Shown piece after piece: positions 22,576 to 31,660 of a stretch of DNA of 64,000 nucleotides. This stretch comes from Epithemia pelagica (taxonomy: Eukaryota > Protista > Bacillariophyta). The translations under genes were made by a program, and so were the position numbers. Numbering within the stretch: the first letter of the stretch is position 1; each line of letters opens with the position of its first letter. The notes under the pieces were generated by a model, which was given only the letters and a program-made list of their open reading frames with translations, searched no databases and was not told where the DNA came from. The stretch lies in contig OX337235.1 of NCBI GenBank assembly GCA_946965045.2, forward strand, positions 2,976,001 to 3,040,000, read 5' to 3'.

Positions 22576-23097
22576 GTCAACACCAATAGCGAAACCAAAA
22601 ATGTGAGCAGGGTGTCGCAAGAGTTGCAAAATAGTGGCGCCTGTATCGATTATCGACATGCGATCGAAAATCGTAAGAATATCTAGACGCTATAGGTCAC
22701 AGGCGAGCCTGCAGAGGACATGCCGCGCGTGGAAGTATAGAAAAGCTTGTTCCCGTACAAGTTAGAGGTCACAATTTACAACCGCGATGTTTCTGACAAA
22801 CCGAGGAGGAGAAGCAAGGACTGGAGAACAAGTATCTCCCTCTGGGAGAAGATATTTCTGTGACAGCCATTCCCAAGCCATACAGAAAGAGAAAGGCATC
22901 ACGGTAGCAACCTCCCAAACTGTTTACTAGTACATGTGCTTCAAAGAATCCAGCCTATATCGTCGCTGGATGATCAGAGGCCAACAGTTTCAACGCTATA
23001 ATGACTGACCAAAGAACGACAAATAAGTCATGCGTACTGCTTGCAATACTTTACATTTGAAGTCGATTCATGAAGAAAAGAGTTGCTTCATGTGCAG

Positions 23098-25206
23098 CTA
23101 TATAAATACTTTGACTTGGTTGTATCGAGCGGTAGCAACTGCCAGGTGCTTCGAATCCGGTTGGAAATCATGCAGCACTGTCAGCGCAAAGATGTACCCT
23201 ACCTCATCTAGTATTTTGTGACACTTGGTTTCAATTCGATGCGAAGAGAGGGGATCGACATTCATGACATTGTCACTTGTATCCATGTCACCGTCGCTAT
23301 TACCTGTTTGCGAGTTGCTTCGTCCTTGGTCGTCTTTTTCTCCTCGCAGTTGCGCCGACTTCCACAATTGAACAGTCGCATCGTACTTGCCACCGGCCGT
23401 TAGCAAGTCCCCGTTGGGTAAGGGAAGAATACACTGGACAGCATCTTTCGTATGACCACCAAGGGTCGAAACAACGGCAATCCTCTCGATGCTGTCGACT
23501 GGAACGTTTTTTGCCATTTTCAAAACATAAACTGCCCGTCCCAATGGAACCGACACTTGTGCTTCTCCCAACGACGACGAGGCAGCGCTAGGGCTACCAG
23601 TTTCTTTGGTGGACACTACAATTTCCCCGTCCATGGTTGTTTCGAGACAAACTATGGAGCACCCCTCACCCGTTTCGGGTGTTAATCTCACATAAAACGA
23701 CTCTTGTACGGACACCGAGGACGAGGCTGGGGTGGAGGAAACGTTCTGCGGCAATGACATGTCCGTCGCCAGTACCTTCCAAAATCGCAACCCACCCGTT
23801 ACATCTCCGGCAATCAACCACGTGGGCTCTCCGACTGCCGTGCCAGGCACAACGGTGAGACAGGTCAACGGTGCGGCTCCTTCACTGTCACGGGCCTCCA
23901 AGACCAGGGATCGGAGGACCGGCCGCGTAGAAGCGTCCGACATTGTGGACGTGGTCACATCGGAAAACCATAGTTGAATGCATTTCGACATTCGATCCAG
24001 CTGATTTTGCAAGGCTTGTTCTTGTGCTTCGGCTTGTGCCCGACGTTGCCGTTCCACTTCAGTTTGCGGAGCCAAATGAAACTGATGCGGATTGGGCAGT
24101 CGAGTACTTTCAAAGCGTGCCGCCAAACATAAGAGAGAGGGTGCCGTCGTCTCGGTGTGGTTGTGGTTGGGTGCTGCCGCAAGCGCAAGGGGAACGTGTC
24201 GCAAGGAGGTGGGACTCGCCGCTCCAGGCATGGGACTGGCAAGTTCCAGAATTTCGTGGGCAATGTCCTCCTTCGTGGAGTACGACCACAAACGAATCAT
24301 TCCCCGTCCTGCCGTCGCAAACAAAGTAGAGGAGGAAGACGATGATGATGACGAAGAAGACGAAGACAAGGAATTTGCGGAACAATCCTCCAACACAGCA
24401 ATGCTTTGGACACCCCCACTACTATTCTGGAAAAATGGATGACCCTGGTGTACCAAATCGTCTTGCAGCACGCCATGTCTCCAAAATTGAATGTGTCCGT
24501 CGTCCAAGGCACTAATGAGGGTTCCATTTTGTGGCAAGACGGCCAAATCGTTGATATACGCTCGTCGTAGTTCCATCCCCATCCCCATTACCACCCGACC
24601 TAGTACTGTTGTCGTCGTTGTCGTTGTTGTTGTTGCTGCAGCAGCAGCAGCTGGGGTGTTGGTATTGGATGATGTTGAATCTGGTCTTGCATCGTCTTTC
24701 TTTGTCGGTTGTTGCTGCTCCAAGAGCAAGGATTCAATGTGTCGTTGGGGTATCCCCGATACGTAATGGTTGTACGCGTACCATTCGGTTTTGTTGTCAT
24801 TTCGTTCGTACGGTGGTTTCTGTATCGCCGGTATCATTCCAATGACTTGTTCTGATTCTGGGTCATTGTTTCTCATGGCCATTCTTCGTTCTTGTTCTTG
24901 CAATTCTTGAGGTGTCATGTCTTCGACAAACTTGATGGGTGTGGCGGACTGTTGTGGTAAGACGGCGGCCGATCCAATCAAGGTCACTACCATGGTGGTT
25001 GTCGACAGCGAACTAAACGAATAGTCGTCCTGGAGGATTCCCTTCCAACCACCCTTTTTGGCCAATAGCTTTTGTCGTTCGACGGGGACACCCGTCAAGG
25101 ATTGTATCCGTTCCTTGAAGGATGCCGGCGAATCGACGTGTGGATCCAACTCCATCGAAAACGTTTGTTTGGACCATTTCAAGGTAATGGCAATCATTTT
25201 GTACAA
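23098..25206 (-). CDS. Ubiquitin-like (Ubp6/USP14-type) N-terminal domain fused to WD40 repeats
   Basis: ITLKWSKQTF...FKERIQSLTGVPVERQKLLAKKGG...LIGSA resembles a UBL domain. WD repeats LISALDDGHIQFW, GDVTGGLRFWK and GHTKDAVQCILPLPNGDLLTAGGKYDATVQLWK. Confidence 0.75.
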   Translation of the reverse strand: MYKMIAITLKWSKQTFSMELDPHVDSPASFKERIQSLTGVPVERQKLLAKKGGWKGILQDDYSFSSLSTTTMVVTLIGSAAVLPQQSATPIKFVEDMTPQELQEQERRMAMRNNDPESEQVIGMIPAIQKPPYERNDNKTEWYAYNHYVSGIPQRHIESLLLEQQQPTKKDDARPDSTSSNTNTPAAAAAATTTTTTTTTVLGRVVMGMGMELRRAYINDLAVLPQNGTLISALDDGHIQFWRHGVLQDDLVHQGHPFFQNSSGGVQSIAVLEDCSANSLSSSSSSSSSSSSSTLFATAGRGMIRLWSYSTKEDIAHEILELASPMPGAASPTSLRHVPLALAAAPNHNHTETTAPSLLCLAARFESTRLPNPHQFHLAPQTEVERQRRAQAEAQEQALQNQLDRMSKCIQLWFSDVTTSTMSDASTRPVLRSLVLEARDSEGAAPLTCLTVVPGTAVGEPTWLIAGDVTGGLRFWKVLATDMSLPQNVSSTPASSSVSVQESFYVRLTPETGEGCSIVCLETTMDGEIVVSTKETGSPSAASSSLGEAQVSVPLGRAVYVLKMAKNVPVDSIERIAVVSTLGGHTKDAVQCILPLPNGDLLTAGGKYDATVQLWKSAQLRGEKDDQGRSNSQTGNSDGDMDTSDNVMNVDPLSSHRIETKCHKILDEVGYIFALTVLHDFQPDSKHLAVATARYNQVKVFI

Positions 25207-25567
25207 TGCACGCTTGCTTCTTTCAATGCTCTTTTATGCAGCAACCGAAGGTTATTGGAGCTTTTGTGAAGATGGTGAAGGATGATCCGTCACTGTGATG
25301 GGTTGATGTTGACAAAGATTGGTGTCCCGAGTCGGGTGTTTGCGGCTTCCATTTGGATCGATTGTGTTCTTGGACGCGTTCTCGTTACACATTTTCCGGA
25401 CGACGGACGAGCGAGCTCGACGCTATGTGCTCTTCACTTCTCTATTAGGAGTAGGAGTATCTAGAGAGCTACGAGGAGCTACTCCTAGTATCGATGTGCC
25501 GATGCCGAAGAGATCATGATTCCTCTCTATATTTTGGTTGCATCCTTTTCTCTAGAGCAGTGACTAT

Positions 25568-26947
25568 CTATACTGAAGCCGCATTCAAGAAATCTCCGCT
25601 CCGGAATTTAAGTCTCGCACCGTTCAATGGTCCCCATGTCATTTGGACCACAGCATTCGTGGACGCAATGTATCGAGAAAAATCGGGGCCGAGAACCAGT
25701 GCCACTTCTCTCCGTCCACTTTGATTGTCATTATCTGCCCGTATCTGAAGAAAATACAGTTTGGAAATATCGCCCTTCGTATTGGTCACGACATCCATCT
25801 CAAGGATCACATCGCCAGAAGAAAACGGTTGTGCATAGATGGATGCCGAAACAACCCGCACCACGCTATCAAGAGTTTTCTTCATCTTGATGAACCATGG
25901 AGTGCTTTTGAAGCTGGAAGTTTCAACCACACTAGTCACAAGGTCATTGGCTGTGATTGTGGAGTTGTTGGCGTCATTGCACATGGTATCAACCGTTATA
26001 TCAACCATCGCGTTCTGGAAACTATTCACCTTGTTTCCGAACACAAGAGACATGGAGTTCGACTCGGATTTCCCAAGCGCAATGTTTTCAGTGACTGTGC
26101 ACATCCACTCCATGGTTTGTGTGTTGACCTCCAGGTTAATGTTGGAATTTTTCAAAGAGAGCGATTTCTTTTGCGGCAGGATTGGTAACGTCAAATCGCT
26201 AATCACACGCCCTCCAATGCGCCATACCTTTGATTCAGAATCATCTTTGCTGATATGAACCTTGGCAGCAAGTGTGTGTGAATTGTCCAGTTTTGCAACC
26301 AAGGTCCCATAGCCGGATATGGAAGGCTTGCCCATTTTTTGTATTGTCATCTTGACATCTTTTAGGGCAATGTCCTTGGTGAGCCGAATTGCCTTTTCCC
26401 TTGTCACAACCAACTTGCCCTGGGCCAGTCCGTCCAGTAGCTTCTCGAGGTAGATCAAATCTTTGCCATATTTGGCCGCAAATTCCAAAAAAATCTCCAC
26501 GGCCCGGACTTATTGACCAACATATGGAATGTCACCAGCCAGTTCAATTACTTCATCAATAAGCTCCTTGTGTTTCAAGTAAAACTCCTCGGCTTCTTCG
26601 AGTGTTCGAACCGTGTCATCCGCAATGGTAACCGTGCGCTTGAAACACCGGTTTGGTTTCGCAGTACGACCCGCAGCAGGTACTGGCTTCGAATCACTCT
26701 TCTTCTTTGCTTGCAGACGACTCGTAGTGCCATCTGTCAAAGTTGGTTTTGATCGAGTTGATGCCTTACTGACCGCAGTAGTGGATACCGTGCCAACTTG
26801 CTCCCTCTTTGGTTGCTGATGATTCGTCGAAGTGCGGTTCATGGAGGCTGTCTTTACTCCAGTTGATTCCTTGATCGTCAAAGTATTCGTGGGTGCAGCG
26901 TCGACGACTTGTTGTTTCTTTGGCTGCGGACGAGTTGTGTTCACCAT
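25568..26947 (-). pseudogene. Unknown protein; two in-frame ORFs separated by a single TAA (26510-26512)
   Basis: ORFs 26510-26947 and 25568-26500 are in the same frame and read IPYVGQ*VRAVEIFLEF. The 3' part is duplicated at 63146-64000. Confidence 0.5.
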
Positions 26948-27367
26948 GATGATGTTTTGCTATTTTTTGTGTTTCTCTCGAACAATGTTTTGTTTTGTGA
27001 GCAGAGTTCTGAATCCTCCGTACCTTGCAAAACAATACTTGGGGGGATTATTCGCGGGGTAAGGACAACTGGTTTACGGTCGAGCGCACTGGAGATTCAG
27101 CGCTTGACAAACTCCCGCATAAAATGTGCCTTTCGGCTGGACATTCTGCTTCTCTAGAGGTGTCGAAGAGACACTACGACAAACATCCTTGGCACGTGCC
27201 GTTTCGGTCTGTCCGAGAGATCGCAGTCGGTTCTGTCACCGAAAACTTGGTCCGTTGAGATTTGTAAACAAGATTCTAAATCTAAACGATAGCCGAAGGC
27301 CTCTGAAACCAAAAATGGCTCCACTACCATCAAACCCGATATTACAATCCAACGATGTCCAGCTGGG

Positions 27368-28789
27368 CTAGAAGTCGAGATGGAGAGTGGTGGGGAAGTG
27401 ATGTTGGGGATCTTGGCCATTGAAGGTGTTAAAGAGGTTTTCATCCGGTGATTCGAGAGCAGTCTCGCTGTTCGTTTGAAGGGCCGGATCAACGAGGTTG
27501 TCGAGTCGGTTCCGCAGGTGTTCCAAGGAGGCGATGCGGGAAGCTGTTGTTGAGTTGTCAACATGCCGAAAGTCGGTAGTGTTGAGCATTAATTGGGCCA
27601 TGCCCGTGGTCCATTCAAGAACCTGTGGTCGGATATATTTCATGAAAGAGGTCGAACTCCATCTTCCAAGAATCACTATCTTGACGACGGAACAATCAGC
27701 CAGGAACAGGGCCATGGCGGCTCCTGATCTGAGAGAGTGCGTGCCGATATCCATTGGGTGGTAGCCAAAGGCGTTGACTCCGCCGCCCAATACACAGGTT
27801 TCTCGTAACAGGTTGCGAGTATCTTCTTGTTGGACGAAGCGAGGGGGAAGGGATGGGTTGGATGGGTCAAACCAACAATTCACTGTCGTGGATGGGGGAG
27901 CTTTCGGACGGTAGTGGAGAATCCGACGAATGACGCGGCCCCAGAGAAGGACTGGGTCGAGGATGGGGTCATTCGTTCTGCTCTGGGTACGAGTTTCAGC
28001 TTTGTGGTTGTTCTTTTGGTCTCGGAACGTTATCGAGACGTACTTCGCGAGGCGGTGAAAGTTGGGGTGGTTGGCGACGATCGTTTCGTGTTTCTTGGCG
28101 GTGAAGAACACGATGTCACCGATTGTTAGGAGTTTTGTTTTTCCTCTGTGGGGCACGGTCGTAATCTTGCAGCTTCTGCATCCAAAGAAGAAGCCGCATC
28201 CTGCGAGGTCGGCGACGACGGCTTTGAAGGTGGAGAAGTCGTAGACGCGTGGTGGGTTGGTGAGTCTGTTGGTTCGACAACAGTGGAGCCAGAGGAAACG
28301 GAGATGTTTGGTGGTAATGGCTTTCTCTCCTTTTTCGGGGGGGGGGTCCAAATTTGACCACGCGCGTTTGAGGGAGGCGACGAGGGGGTGGACGTGATGG
28401 CTGTCTTGACAGTGGCAGGGGCTCGGCCGGTCATGATGCCGGAAGCACGATGCCAAGTCTCCAATGGCTTGGCCAAGAGTGCTTGCTTGAAGAGGGTTCG
28501 AGCAGTCGCGATTCTTGGTGAATTCGGCGTCTCGGAGGGATTGCAAGAAGGAACATGCGATGCTGGCTCTGTGGTTGGATGCTTTGATGGACTCGAGGAG
28601 TGGATCGTGACCAAATCCAATCTTGTCGAGGTGTTCTGTCCATCGCTCCCAGACTTTGTCGCGCTTTTGGTGTGCTCCTTCGGTCTTGCCGAAGAAGATT
28701 CTGGACACGCTGGCACGATCGAGGAGATCCAGCATGTGATCTCGTTGGGGAGTGGTTTGATGCGAAAATTCGCGGGAATCTGAGAACAA
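27368..28789 (-). CDS. Tyrosine recombinase of YR element 2
   Basis: CRSCKI, HSLRSG and GRWSS..FMKY. Overlaps pol. Confidence 0.9.
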   Translation of the reverse strand: MFSDSREFSHQTTPQRDHMLDLLDRASVSRIFFGKTEGAHQKRDKVWERWTEHLDKIGFGHDPLLESIKASNHRASIACSFLQSLRDAEFTKNRDCSNPLQASTLGQAIGDLASCFRHHDRPSPCHCQDSHHVHPLVASLKRAWSNLDPPPEKGEKAITTKHLRFLWLHCCRTNRLTNPPRVYDFSTFKAVVADLAGCGFFFGCRSCKITTVPHRGKTKLLTIGDIVFFTAKKHETIVANHPNFHRLAKYVSITFRDQKNNHKAETRTQSRTNDPILDPVLLWGRVIRRILHYRPKAPPSTTVNCWFDPSNPSLPPRFVQQEDTRNLLRETCVLGGGVNAFGYHPMDIGTHSLRSGAAMALFLADCSVVKIVILGRWSSTSFMKYIRPQVLEWTTGMAQLMLNTTDFRHVDNSTTASRIASLEHLRNRLDNLVDPALQTNSETALESPDENLFNTFNGQDPQHHFPTTLHLDF

Positions 28790-31660
28790 AAATTTTTGTG
28801 AAGAAAAAGGGTAAGTTCGTTATCGTTAAGATACCAATGTCGTGACAAGATATCTGACACATCGTTCTTGCTCCCTGGAATATGCTCGGCTTGAAGGGAG
28901 AACTTGTGGTGAAGAATAAGTTCTGTTAGCTTCTTGGAGACTTGGACATGCAACGGCTTGTCAGATCCGAAGGATGATTTGTACATCCAGCCGACGGCGG
29001 ACGAGTTGTCGGAGAGACTCAGTACGGCCGAGTTTTCTTCGATGCCATCAAACCAACAATCAACCCACATTGACACAACAATTGCAATGTATTCAAAAAG
29101 ATTGTTGGTGCGTGTGTTGGTGGATGATGGGTCGAGTTGGGCAAGAGCTTGGAGTCTTGCTGGGTCGATTCGGAAGCGCCATGCTCTGCCGGATCGCACC
29201 GAGTAACCGCCCATCTCTTCGGGGCAGGAGTCGGCATGGAAGAGATGGGTGGGAACGCGACAAACCAGTCGATTGAGCGAGATGCCGTTGTGGGCATGTT
29301 GGAGGAGAGACGGCCACATTTCAAGATCCTTGGCGATGGAGTCTGGAATGGAGTACCGATAGAATGATGGAGGGACGTCTCTGTTGGGTCGAGGGCGTTT
29401 TGGATTCTTATTCGTCTCTGGTGGTTTTGCTTTCTGTTTCTGTCGGAACGCCCGTTCAATGAAGGTTTGGTACTCGCGAAGGCGAGACAACCAAAAGGAT
29501 GCGTGGGGTATGCCTTTGGTGGCATGTAATAATTTTCCAACCAAACTGCGGAGGTTGTGGAAGGTGGTGCGACGGGTCTTGAGAAGATGTTGTACTTCTC
29601 GGGTCCAACCAATCAGTTTGTCTTTTGGGAGACAAAGGAGGAGTCGTCTTGTGTCAACAATCCACCCGAGAACTCGTTGTTCTTCAGCGGGTGCACCTTC
29701 GGCTTCGAGTTTGTCGGCTTCCAGCATATCTTTTCGTGTAATTGGTTCGTCCTTGGCAACTGGTCGTGTCATGAGATGGACGACGAGAGGAACGATGCTC
29801 GGACATCGGCCAAGGTGAGGGTTGGTTGCAAGGAAGACTTGTATCATATCATCCAGATATGAATCGTGAAAACCATGGGGACGAGTTGGGACGCTGACGG
29901 CCAATTCACAGGCGGGTGCAATGGGAATGTCCTCTGGGAGATATTTGGGTCCTCCAATTCCTTCTTGGAGGGGCGATTGACAAAGGTCTGGCTGCCATTC
30001 ATCGAAATCGGCCAGGTCGTTGCAGAAGTCAGTTCCAATTTCCGAGACGATGGAAAATTCGGCCGGGTTGGCGGAAGCTCCAAACGTCAAGCGGAGATTT
30101 AGGTGGGCAAAGGAATTGGAGGGATCGATGGTTATATTCCTTGCTGCAACATCGCCGTCGCCATGAACTCGGCGGTATGCGGAGGACCAATCAAACTTGC
30201 TGATAAGGATACGATCGGTGGGAAATGCCAGACGCAATGCAACGATTTGATGGAGGACTCTATCTATACAGTGACCCATCACAAGGTCAATCAATTTGCT
30301 TTGATCAATCAAATCGTTGGTCGAGGGGCAAAATCCGAGGGAAAAGGATTGGTCGTGTGTCAAACGGTCTTTCGGAACAAGGTCGCCGTTGGCCCGTTTG
30401 GTGGGCGACACCCATGGGACTGATTCGACTATGCTTGATGCGTTTGGCACAGTTGAATGTGATTGGAAGAGAGAATCCTTTAGAAGCGTCTTTCCGGAGA
30501 ACTTTCGAAAGAGCTTTGGGATTTTTCTTGCCAGAAGCGTGATTGCCGTATTCGAGGATTGCCTCGTTTTCAGCGCGTCTGGCTGGCTCGTCTTCCTCAG
30601 CTGTGAGAGGATAGGAGACACCATGCGTGATATTGTGGTGAAACCGTGACCAGTATGGGTGGCCGGCTAGGAGTGGTTCGAGAATTTGGGCTGTGCAAAA
30701 TTCCGAGCCGGGTGTGATGACGGAGTCGGGGTGACTGTCGATCACTCGTTGCATGTCAAAATCAAACCGTTCAATCAGCTGTGAGTTGAAGGTTGCATTG
30801 GACAAAACAACAGAATCGTCAATAGAGTGACGAAAGGGTGATGGCTTGGGGGTTGGTGGCTCGTGATCGGCGATGAAAAGCATGACGGAGAGACGGATTG
30901 GGTGGCGAATAGGTTGGAGTGGGGGAGGGGCCAGTCTTGTGGGAAAGATTTCGGAAATCTCGTTGGGAAGGTAGCATTTGCCAGAACTTGGGGAACTGAA
31001 CGTCGTGTCATCTGCAATATTAAACTCACCTAGTAATTTTAAATCCGCTTGTCGAGCCTGTTCCAATCGTTTTACATTCCTTGCTAGGGGCTTGCCTGTG
31101 AAATCAGACCCGATGATCGCGGAGGAACTCCCTGGGAGAGATTCCGCAATTTGTGAGGGCAGATTTTCAGAATGAGAACTTGGGGGACTTGGGGGTCTTG
31201 TAGAAGAATCAACGATAAGGGAATCTGTTGGGTGATCCTTGGAAGTTGGTCGGGGGTGACTGTTGGCAGTCGTGGGGCTGGAAGTGGGTGCGTCAACGGA
31301 CGCGGATATCTTGGGAGCAGAATCAGACGTGATGACACATTGATTCTGAACGGACGAGATCAAATCGGAGAGTTCTCGTTGACGAGTCTCTGGATATTTT
31401 GAATAATCCTGGGTGATGTGATGAATCAAGAAAGGATTCGCAGTGCTTGGAATCTTAGGTTTGTGGTCTGACGACGGTGTCGCCAATGGGGGAAGGAAGG
31501 ATGGGACAATTTCGGATGAGAGTGGTGGAGGTGGAGCAAGAGGCTTCAAGTGGGAAGAAGACTCCGCAACTATAGTATTACTATTAATGGTGGGTTGAGA
31601 GTCGTCTTGCGACAAAAGAGGAGGAATCGAAGATGAGGCAACAATCAACCCGTCCTGGCG
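28126..31660 (-). pseudogene. pol: RT-RNase H of YR element 2 with a frameshifting short deletion at ~30392
   Basis: GVAHQTG in ORF 30305-31648 continues as NGDLVPKDRLTH in ORF 28126-30624; copy 1 reads GVAQHAGINEHGDIVIKDRLAH. YLDD, ADSCP and HIPGSKNDVSDILSR motifs present. Confidence 0.85.

Noticed and set aside
25441-25500. Recurrent TACTCCTA/TAGGAGTA motif (also near 5505, 54310 and 54640)
   Set aside because: No consistent position relative to genes, and enrichment cannot be tested by eye.
9861-26512. Four in-frame TAA codons inside otherwise continuous genes, while host-type genes end in TAG/TGA, suggesting TAA reassignment
   Set aside because: Homologous positions correspond to different residues (Tyr, Arg and Ser), and TAA ends the gypsy ORF and ORF0. 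Ordinary nonsense mutations or errors explain this better.
27165-27180. AGACACTAC in the 3' region of YR element 2, resembling the 5' terminus of element 1, as a split direct repeat remnant
   Set aside because: The match is 9 nt, includes target-site bases and is between different elements, so chance is likely.
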